Origin: Pseudodesulfovibrio mercurii
GTDB taxonomy: Bacteria > Desulfobacterota > Desulfovibrionia > Desulfovibrionales > Desulfovibrionaceae
Assembly: GCF_000189295.2 (NCBI RefSeq)
Contig: NC_016803.1
Span: forward strand, 780,001-812,000
Reading direction: 5' to 3'
Length of the DNA stretch: 32,000 nucleotides
The stretch's first letter is position 1, and every line of letters begins with the position of its first letter. Made by a program: the position numbers and the translations under genes. The notes under the pieces were generated by a model. It was not told the DNA's origin and did not search any database. It was given only the letters and a program-made list of their open reading frames with translations. This document shows, in pieces, positions 25,125 through 32,000 of the stretch.

Positions 25125-26795
25125 ATGCGCTACAAACTGCAGATGATGAACACGGATTTCGGGGTGGGCATGTTCGCCGCCCTGCCGGACATGAACCTGA
25201 GCCACAACGAGATGATGGACCATCTCCGGGCGCACCCCTTCGACGATCACATACACGAGTTCGTGCTCCAGGGCTTCAAGGAATTCCGTCCGCGCAAGCT
25301 GGAAAAGATGATCCAGGAGGCCATGGCCGACAACGGCAAATCCGACCCGGCGGGCTTGGCGGTCATGTATGAGGCGTGCATCTGCCATCAGCGGCTGAAC
25401 CGGCTCCTGCCCCTGTTCGACGGCGTGGACCCGCGCGACCTGCTGCCTTTCACCCCGGCCATCCACATCCGTTCGCACCTTCTCGCGGACCAGCCCCTGC
25501 ACCGGGAGTGGGCGCGCATCTTCGGCCGAAACATCTTCACCCTGGCCCCCCTGCCCGAACCGGCGGACGCGCCCGAACCGCTCTTTGCCGAAGAAGACCT
25601 CGCCGCGCCCGAACCGGTCCCCGCCGAGACCGTGCGCGCGGCGCTGGACAACGAGCTGCCCCCGCCCCTGGCGCGCAGGCCGCTCAAGGAGACCATCGAG
25701 ACCGCCCTGCCCGCCCTGGGCAAGGCCGACGCCTTCATGGGTCCGCCCATGGACCACAAGGCCTCCCTGTCGCCCGTCGCCCGGCTGCGCCACTGGTCCG
25801 TGAAGACGCGCACGGTCAACGGAAAGCTGTCCAACTCCCTGAACGGGTTGCAGACCTGCTACGGACGCGGCCTGACCCGCGAGCGGGCGGACGCCTCCTA
25901 CGCCATGGAGATGGTCGAGCGCTTCTCCTCCTACGCCAGCTTCGGGCCCAAGGGCGTGCTCGGCTACGCCCGCGACTACCCACTGACCTTCGCGTCCTTT
26001 GACGAACTCGACGTCCCGGCCGTGAACCCGGCCGACATCCGCCTGGAGGTGCCCTACGCGGGCCAGCGGCTGCACTGGATGGAGGGCCATGGCCCGGAGG
26101 GCGAACCCGTGCTGGTCCCGGCCCAGTTCGTGTTCCTGTTCTGCAACCTGGACGAGCCGTCCCTGTTCAGCGCGCTCGGCTCCACCGGCCTGGCCTCGGG
26201 CAACACGCTCTTCGAGGCCAAGGCCGCGGCCCTGACCGAGGTCATCGAACGGGATTCGGACGCCACCCAACTCCACGATCCCGCGCGCTGCTTCCGCGTG
26301 GAGAGCGACGACCCCGAGATCGGCCCGCTCCTCGACAGGTATCGCGAGGACGGCATCCACGTCTGGTTCATGGACATGACCACCGAGCTGGGCGTGCCGT
26401 GCTACAAGTCCGTGGTCCTGGGCAGGCAGGGGGACGTGAACAAGGGCGGCGGCTGTTCGCTGAACGGCCGGTCGGCCCTGATCTCGGCCATGACCGAGAC
26501 GGCCTACCCCTACCCCGGTCCGGCCAGCGGCCCGGCCCCGGAGGGGCTGCCCGTGCGCCGGCTCGAAGAGTTGCCCGACCTGTCCACCGGCAGCGCCGAG
26601 GGCGACGTGATGGTCCTGGAACGGACGCTCCTGGCCAACGGCTACCGGCCCGCCTACGCGGACCTGACCCGCCGGGACCTGAACATCCCGGTGGTCCGGG
26701 CCATGGTCCCCGGCCTGGAGCTGATCTCCGACTTCGACCAGTATTCGCGGATCAGCCCGAGGCTGTTCCGGAACTACCTCAGAGCGTGCGCGTGA
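25125..26795 (+). CDS. YcaO-domain protein with unrecognised N-terminal extension
   Basis: 556 aa. AAGGA SD 5 nt upstream. The YcaO hallmarks GLASGNTLFEAKAAALTEVIERDS and ELGVPCYKSVVLG lie in the C-terminal roughly 340 aa. The first roughly 215 aa (helical part plus Pro/Ala/Glu-rich linker) are not recognisable. Confidence 0.85.
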   Translation: MRYKLQMMNTDFGVGMFAALPDMNLSHNEMMDHLRAHPFDDHIHEFVLQGFKEFRPRKLEKMIQEAMADNGKSDPAGLAVMYEACICHQRLNRLLPLFDGVDPRDLLPFTPAIHIRSHLLADQPLHREWARIFGRNIFTLAPLPEPADAPEPLFAEEDLAAPEPVPAETVRAALDNELPPPLARRPLKETIETALPALGKADAFMGPPMDHKASLSPVARLRHWSVKTRTVNGKLSNSLNGLQTCYGRGLTRERADASYAMEMVERFSSYASFGPKGVLGYARDYPLTFASFDELDVPAVNPADIRLEVPYAGQRLHWMEGHGPEGEPVLVPAQFVFLFCNLDEPSLFSALGSTGLASGNTLFEAKAAALTEVIERDSDATQLHDPARCFRVESDDPEIGPLLDRYREDGIHVWFMDMTTELGVPCYKSVVLGRQGDVNKGGGCSLNGRSALISAMTETAYPYPGPASGPAPEGLPVRRLEELPDLSTGSAEGDVMVLERTLLANGYRPAYADLTRRDLNIPVVRAMVPGLELISDFDQYSRISPRLFRNYLRACA

Positions 26796-28098
26796 CCCGG
26801 GCCTGGCGGCGGCGCTTGCGCGGCCCCTTGGTGCCGATGGTCCGGTAGAAGACCTCCAGGACGCCCGACCCGCCGAACAGGGCGAGCAGGACCCAGGCCG
26901 TGGCCGGGTTGGTGCTCACGCTCTGCCAGACCATGGCCGCGAAGGCACCGGTGCAGGTCAGCACGCCCAGGGCGGACAGGACGCGGCCCGCGCCCCAACC
27001 GTCCTCGTCCTTGAAGTTGGCCGCGTTGACCACGGCGAAGACCGACAGGAAGCCCGCGCTGCCCAGGGTGGAGATGGCCGAGAGGTCGGCCACGTTGGCC
27101 AGGATCAGGGCGAGCACGGTGGTGACCACCAGCCCCTCTGCGGGCGCGCCCCACATCTGCCGCTCGAGCTGAGCGGGAAGTTCCCCTTCCTTGGCGATGG
27201 TGTAGCACAGCCTCGACGAGCCGTAGAGGGTGGCGTTGATGGCCGAAAAGGTGGACAGCAGCGCGGCCACGGCGATGAGGGTGAAACCGGTCTGGCCCAG
27301 GAACGGCCGGGCGGCCTCGGCCAGGGCGTAGTCGCGGGCGTTGATGATCTTGTCGAGCGGCAGGTTGCCCACCACCACGATGGCGATGGCCACGTAGAGC
27401 AGGACCACGAAGCCCACGGAGATATAGAAGGCCAGCGGCAGGTTGCGCTCGGGGTTGCGGATGTCCGCCCCGGTATTGGCGATGAGCTCGAACCCCTCGT
27501 AGGCCACGAAGATGATCATGCCCCCGGCCACCAGCGGCAGCATGGGCACCCAGGTGTCCGTGGCCAGTCGGGCGGGTTCCACGCCCCTGATCCCCACGGC
27601 CAGGAAGAAGAGCAGGATGGATATCTTGATGACCACCACGTAGGTCTCGGCCTTGCCCACCACCTTGGCGCTGGCCAGGTTCAGCACGGCGGGCACGACG
27701 ATGGCCAGGGAGATGAGCCCGTGGAGCACCGGCCAGCCCCCGCCCTTGGGGAAAAAGACCGCGCCGTAGGAACCGAAGGCGTGGGCGTAGAGGGCGAGCA
27801 TGACCACGTAGGAAAACCACAGCAGAACGTTGAGGGCGCCCACGTGCATGGAGTTGCCGAAGATGCGGTCCAGGAAGACCACGGTGCCGCCCGGTCCGGC
27901 GTAGCGCACGGACAGCCGGGCATAGGACGAGGCGGTGATCAAGGCCACCAGCCCGGCCACGGCAAAGGCCACGGGCGTGCCGCCCTTGGCCAGCTCCACG
28001 CTCAGGCCCAGCACGGCGAAGATGCCGCCGCCGACCATGCCGCCCACCCCGATGGAGACGGCTCCCCACAAACCCATCTTGTCGTCTTTCGAAACCAT
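26779..28098 (-). CDS. APC-superfamily amino acid permease
   Basis: 439 aa with about 12 TM segments. N-terminal GLWGAVSIGVGGMVGGGIFAVLG motif. The 3' end overlaps the YcaO 3' end by 17 nt. Confidence 0.82.
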   Translation of the reverse strand: MVSKDDKMGLWGAVSIGVGGMVGGGIFAVLGLSVELAKGGTPVAFAVAGLVALITASSYARLSVRYAGPGGTVVFLDRIFGNSMHVGALNVLLWFSYVVMLALYAHAFGSYGAVFFPKGGGWPVLHGLISLAIVVPAVLNLASAKVVGKAETYVVVIKISILLFFLAVGIRGVEPARLATDTWVPMLPLVAGGMIIFVAYEGFELIANTGADIRNPERNLPLAFYISVGFVVLLYVAIAIVVVGNLPLDKIINARDYALAEAARPFLGQTGFTLIAVAALLSTFSAINATLYGSSRLCYTIAKEGELPAQLERQMWGAPAEGLVVTTVLALILANVADLSAISTLGSAGFLSVFAVVNAANFKDEDGWGAGRVLSALGVLTCTGAFAAMVWQSVSTNPATAWVLLALFGGSGVLEVFYRTIGTKGPRKRRRQARVTRTL

Positions 28099-28263
28099 GG
28101 TTCACCCTGGTTGCAGATTGGGGCCGGAAACCCGGCCCGCGTCACGGAGACGTCCCGCCCGCCGCACCCGGCGAACGTCCGCCAGACTAGCCCAATACCC
28201 GCCAAGAATAAAGCGAACGGCCTCGCCCCGTCACTTCGTGCCCGGCCCAACCGGCCAAAACCA

Positions 28264-28291
28264 TTGACTCCCCGCCGGATTGCACGATACT
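28264..28291 (+). promoter_or_regulatory. Sigma-70-type promoter for tRNA-Leu
   Basis: TTGACT (28264-28269), 16 nt, GATACT (28286-28291), ending 15 nt before the tRNA 5' end. Confidence 0.45.
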
Positions 28292-28306
28292 GAGACAGAC
28301 CCTCAA

Positions 28307-28393
28307 GCCCGGGTGGTGGAACTGGTAGACACCAGGGACTTAAAATCCCTTGTCCTTCGGGACGTGCGGGTTCAAATCCCGCCCCGGGTACCA
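28307..28393 (+). tRNA. tRNA-Leu (TAA)
   Basis: GCCCGGGTGGTGGAACTGGTAGACACCAGGGACTTAAAATCCC...GCGGGTTCAAATCCCGCCCCGGGTACCA. Long variable arm, anticodon loop CTTAAAA, encoded CCA. Very similar to E. coli tRNA-Leu(UAA). Confidence 0.95.
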
Positions 28394-28408
28394 TGGAGTA
28401 CAGCGAGT

Positions 28409-28439
28409 CAGGCCGGTATTCCGGCCTGTTCGCTTTTCA
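28409..28439 (+). terminator. Intrinsic terminator after tRNA-Leu
   Basis: CAGGCCGG-TATT-CCGGCCTG (8 bp) followed by TTCGCTTTTC. Confidence 0.65.
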
Positions 28440-28748
28440 CTCGACCCGCTTCGACCCGTCCTCCATTTCATAAAAAAAAGCCGGATTGCCGGAATGACCT
28501 ACAGGCCGCCCATTCCGGTCTGAAAAAACGGTCCGTCCCTCGAATCCCCCCCGTGCTTTGCCCGAAAAACCGCCGCCGACCCGGCCTGTTCCCGCCGGAT
28601 CCGCTGTCCGGCGGGCGCCAAGAGACCCCGCCGTTCTTGCAAATGGGCATTGACCGCCTCGTCACATGTTTGTAACACAGTCGTAACAATTCATGCACAT
28701 TGCCCTGCCGGATTTCAACGGCAACATCCAACCTGAGGAGAGAGAGGA

Positions 28749-29762
28749 ATGAAAACGCTCAGCAAGATTTTTATGGTCATCGCCCTGCTTGCCATGGCCG
28801 GGAGCGCCCTGGCCGGCACCCTGGAAAAAGTTCAGCAAAACGGGGAGCTCGTCCTCGGCGTCAGTGAAGGCGTCGCGGGCTTCTCCGCCCCCGATTCCAA
28901 CGGCAAATGGGCCGGTTTCGATGTGGACATGGGCAAGGCAGTGGCCGCCGCCGTGCTCAAGAACCCTGACGCCATCAAGTACGTGCCCCTGGCCTCCAAG
29001 CAGAAGATCGTGGCCGTCTCCTCCGGGCAGGTGGACCTGTCCCGAGGCACCACCTGGACCATGAAGCGCGACTGCAAGCAGGGCGTGGACTTCACCGTGG
29101 TCCTGTTTTACGACGGCCAGGGCCTGATGGTCAAAAAGGGCCTGGGCGTGACCAAGGCCACCGAGCTTGACGGTGCCTCCGTGGCCGTGGTCTCCGGCAC
29201 CACCTCCGAGCTGAATGTGGCCGACTTCGCCCGCGCCAACAACATCAAGCTGGAGACCGTGGTCTTCGAATCCAAGAAGGAGGCCTTCAACGCCTACGTC
29301 GCGGGCCGCGCGGACGCCTTCACCACCGACGTCAGCCAGCTGGCCTCCCTGCGCGCCGGGACCACCAACCCGGACGAGCACATCATCCTCCCCGAAGTCT
29401 TCTCCAAGGAACCCCTGTCTCCCTTCGTCCGCCACGGCGACCAGCAGTGGAAGGACCTCGTCACCTGGGTTCTCTTCGGGCTCATCGAGGCCGAGGAAAA
29501 GGGCATCACCCAGGCCAACGTCCTGGAGATGAAGGCCAAGTCCACCGATCCTGTGGTCCAGCGCATGCTCGGGGCCACCGGCGACGTCGGCGCCCTGATC
29601 GACCTCGACAACGACTGGCTGGTCCGGGCCATCCAGGCCGTGGGCAACTACGGCGAGATGTACGACCGCAACTTCGGCCCCAAGAGCGCGCTGAAGATCC
29701 CCAGGGGCCACAACAACCTGTGGACCAAGGGCGGCCTGATCTACGCCATGCCCATCCGCTAG
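28749..29762 (+). CDS. aapJ: General L-amino acid ABC transporter, periplasmic substrate-binding protein (AapJ/BztA type)
   Basis: GAGGAGAGAGAGGA SD. Signal peptide MKTLSKIFMVIALLAMAGSALA. About 340-aa family-3 SBP followed by two long permease genes, as in Aap/Bzt systems. Confidence 0.85.
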   Translation: MKTLSKIFMVIALLAMAGSALAGTLEKVQQNGELVLGVSEGVAGFSAPDSNGKWAGFDVDMGKAVAAAVLKNPDAIKYVPLASKQKIVAVSSGQVDLSRGTTWTMKRDCKQGVDFTVVLFYDGQGLMVKKGLGVTKATELDGASVAVVSGTTSELNVADFARANNIKLETVVFESKKEAFNAYVAGRADAFTTDVSQLASLRAGTTNPDEHIILPEVFSKEPLSPFVRHGDQQWKDLVTWVLFGLIEAEEKGITQANVLEMKAKSTDPVVQRMLGATGDVGALIDLDNDWLVRAIQAVGNYGEMYDRNFGPKSALKIPRGHNNLWTKGGLIYAMPIR

Positions 29763-29816
29763 CGGTCCGCCGCAACCGGAAACAACGCGCGCCGCACCCG
29801 CCGGGACCACCGGCCG

Positions 29817-31010
29817 GTGCGGCGCGGCCCTGCGTTCACCCCAAAGGATGACGACGTCTTGCATAATTCCAAGCTGAGAGAACAGTTGCCCGCGCTCCTG
29901 ACCCAGGTTCTGCTGATCGGGGCCATCCTCTACGTGGCCCTGCAACTCTTCCACAACACCCAGGCCAACCTGGAGGCGCGCAACATCGCCTCGGGCTTCC
30001 GCTTCCTGTCCGTGGAGGGCGGGTTGCCCATCAACGACAGCCTCCTGCCCTACACCCCGGCCGATACCTACGGGCGGGCCTTCCTCGTCGGCATCGTGAA
30101 CACCCTGTTCGTGTCCGCCCTGTCCATCGTGCTGGCCACCATCCTCGGCGTTCTGGTCGGCGTGGCCCGAGTCTCCACCAACTGGCTGGTAGCCAAACTT
30201 GCCGCGGTCTACGTGGAGGTGCTGAGGAACATTCCGCTGCTGCTGACCCTGTTCTTCTGCTACTCCACCCTGCTGGCCTTCCTGCCGTCCCCGCGCAAGA
30301 GCCTGACGCCGTTCGGCGACATCTTCATCAACAACCGGGGCGTGTTCGTCCCGCGCCCGATCCTCCAGGACGGCATGGGCTGGGTCCTGCTCGCCCTGGT
30401 CGCGGCCGTGGCGGCCTCGATCTTCCTGGTGCGCGCGGCCAAGCGGATGCGCGACGAGACGGGCAACGCCCCGCGCGCCGGATGGATTTCCCTCGGCCTG
30501 GTCCTCGGCCTGCCCCTGGCCGCATACTACCTCGCGGGCCGACCGCTGGCCTTCGACGTGCCGGTGCTCAAGGGGTTCAATTTCAAGGGGGGCATGATCC
30601 TGCGCCCCGAATTCACGGCCCTGCTCATCGGCCTGGTCCTGTACACCGCCGCCTTCATCGGCGAGAACGTGCGCAGCGGCATCCAGTCCGTGGACAAGGG
30701 GCAGTTGGAGGCGGCCAAGGCCCTGGGCCTGAAGCCCGGCGTGATCATGCGCAAGGTCATCCTGCCCCAGACCCTGCGCGTCTGCATCCCGGCCACGACC
30801 AACGACTACACCAGCCTGGTCAAGAACAGCTCCCTGGCCGTGGCCATCGGCTACCCGGACATGGTCTCCATCGGCGGGACCATCATCGGCCAGAACGACC
30901 AGGCCATCGAGATCATCGGCATGTGGATGGCGGTCTACCTGACCATCAACCTGGCCGTGTCCCTGGTCATGAACTGGTTCAACGCCAAGGTGCAGCTGGT
31001 GGAACGATGA
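29817..31010 (+). CDS. aapQ: Amino acid ABC transporter permease (AapQ/BztB type)
   Basis: 397-aa permease with long N-terminal extension and EAA-type loop (LEAAKALGLKPGVIMRKVILPQ). The start is uncertain: GTG 29817, or TTG 29859 which has AAGGA 10 nt upstream. Confidence 0.82.
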   Translation: MRRGPAFTPKDDDVLHNSKLREQLPALLTQVLLIGAILYVALQLFHNTQANLEARNIASGFRFLSVEGGLPINDSLLPYTPADTYGRAFLVGIVNTLFVSALSIVLATILGVLVGVARVSTNWLVAKLAAVYVEVLRNIPLLLTLFFCYSTLLAFLPSPRKSLTPFGDIFINNRGVFVPRPILQDGMGWVLLALVAAVAASIFLVRAAKRMRDETGNAPRAGWISLGLVLGLPLAAYYLAGRPLAFDVPVLKGFNFKGGMILRPEFTALLIGLVLYTAAFIGENVRSGIQSVDKGQLEAAKALGLKPGVIMRKVILPQTLRVCIPATTNDYTSLVKNSSLAVAIGYPDMVSIGGTIIGQNDQAIEIIGMWMAVYLTINLAVSLVMNWFNAKVQLVER

Positions 31011-32000
31011 GCACGAAAGTCGAAAAATTCGTCCCCGCGCCCTCCTCCCCGCCGCCCGTGGCGGCCACGGGCGTGATCCTCTGGCTGCGGACCAATCTCT
31101 TTTCCGGCTGGTTCAACTCGGTGCTGACCATCCTGGCCGTGCTGCTCCTGGTCAAGACCGTCCCGCCCCTGATCGACTGGGCGTTCATCCGCGCCGTGTG
31201 GACCGGCGGACCGCAGGTCTGCGACGGCTCGGGGGCCTGCTGGGCGTTCATCGCCGACAAGGCCCGGGTCATGCTCATCGGCACCTATCCGCAGGACCTG
31301 GAATGGCGCCCCCTGGTCGCGGGCATCCTGTTCGCCGGGGTGGTCGCGGCCACGGTCAGCGGCCGGTGCAAAAAACGCGTGCTGACCGTCGCCTGGCCAG
31401 TGCTATTCGTCGCGGCCCTGTGGCTCATCGGCGGCGGCGCGGGCCTGACCGAAGTGGACCAGTCCATGTGGGGCGGGCTGATGCTCTCCCTGGGACTGGC
31501 CGCCGTGGGCATCATCCTTTCCGTGCCCTTCGGCATCCTCCTGGCCCTGGGGCGGCAGTCCCGGATGGTCGGCGTCAGCTCGGTCTGCGTCGGCCTCATC
31601 GAACTGATCCGAGGCGTGCCGCTCATCACCATCCTGTTCATGGCCTCGGTGATGATGCCCCTGTTCCTGCCCGTCAATCTCCAGATCAACAACCTGCTGC
31701 GGGTCCAGGTGGGCATCATCCTGTTCTCATCCGCCTACATCGCCGAGGTGGTGCGCGGCGGCCTGCAGGCCGTGCCGGGCGGCCAGCTCGACGCGGCCAA
31801 GGCCCTCGGGCTGTCCCCGTGGATGATCACCCTGTTCGTGGTCCTGCCCCAGGCCCTGCGCTACGTGCTCCCGGCCCTGATCGGGCGCTGCATCGCCCTG
31901 TTCAAGGACACCTCGCTGGTCATCATCGTGGGTCTGCTGGACTTCCTCGGCATGGCCAAGGCCGCGTCCCAGGACCAGCACTGGCTCGGCCACGAGGTCG
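31007..32000 (+). CDS. aapM: Amino acid ABC transporter permease (AapM/BztC type), 3'-truncated by the window edge
   Basis: The ATG at 31007 overlaps the aapQ stop (ATGA). The frame stays open to the window end and is not in the track because it has no stop. Translation MSTKVEKFVPAPSSPPPVAATGVILWLRTNLFSGWFNSVLT... The later segment LDAAKALGLSPWMITLFVVLPQALR is an EAA loop. Confidence 0.8.
   Translation, partial: MSTKVEKFVPAPSSPPPVAATGVILWLRTNLFSGWFNSVLTILAVLLLVKTVPPLIDWAFIRAVWTGGPQVCDGSGACWAFIADKARVMLIGTYPQDLEWRPLVAGILFAGVVAATVSGRCKKRVLTVAWPVLFVAALWLIGGGAGLTEVDQSMWGGLMLSLGLAAVGIILSVPFGILLALGRQSRMVGVSSVCVGLIELIRGVPLITILFMASVMMPLFLPVNLQINNLLRVQVGIILFSSAYIAEVVRGGLQAVPGGQLDAAKALGLSPWMITLFVVLPQALRYVLPALIGRCIALFKDTSLVIIVGLLDFLGMAKAASQDQHWLGHEV

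Noticed and set aside
25099-25146. 15-aa upstream ORF MKRETKGRPCATNCR overlapping the YcaO start codon, considered as a possible Cys-containing YcaO substrate peptide.
   Set aside because: It has no convincing SD and is far too short to carry a leader plus core. It overlaps the better-supported YcaO initiation region (AAGGA-5 nt-ATG). Most likely chance.

Overview
This is a GC-rich window with strong GC3 bias. Gene content and protein sequences look like the core chromosome of a Desulfovibrionaceae-type sulfate reducer; that taxon call is an inference. Coding density is high and dominated by housekeeping genes.

Genes recognised:
- Phospholipid synthesis: psd-pssA.
- RNA genes: a four-gene tRNA array (Gly-Cys-Gly-Gly) and a tRNA-Leu.
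- Single housekeeping genes: dksA, mutY, gpmA, a Mog/MoaB-type gene and rfbA.
- Cell envelope: two divergent glycosyltransferases, an MltB-like transglycosylase and a TolC-family protein.
- Transport: an Aap/Bzt-type general amino-acid ABC transporter, cut off at the 3' end of the window.

I saw no transposase, integrase, CRISPR array or recognisable defence gene, and I could not identify a clear multi-gene novel system.

Most unusual items:
1. Two homologous, roughly 340-nt structured intergenic modules fill two different convergent-gene junctions, each with nested or interleaved inverted repeats.
2. An RdgC homologue is split into two same-frame ORFs by a single TAG.
3. A stand-alone YcaO-domain protein has a roughly 215-aa unrecognised N-terminal extension and no partner gene nearby.
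4. An 886-aa protein combines a textbook CX2CX4HX4C zinc knuckle with TPR-like repeats, coiled coil and a C-terminal TM hairpin.
5. A near-consensus sigma-54 promoter sits in front of an uncharacterised 321-aa protein.
6. An NFACT/RqcH-like gene lies directly downstream of dksA.

All functional calls rest on motif recognition by eye. No searches were run.
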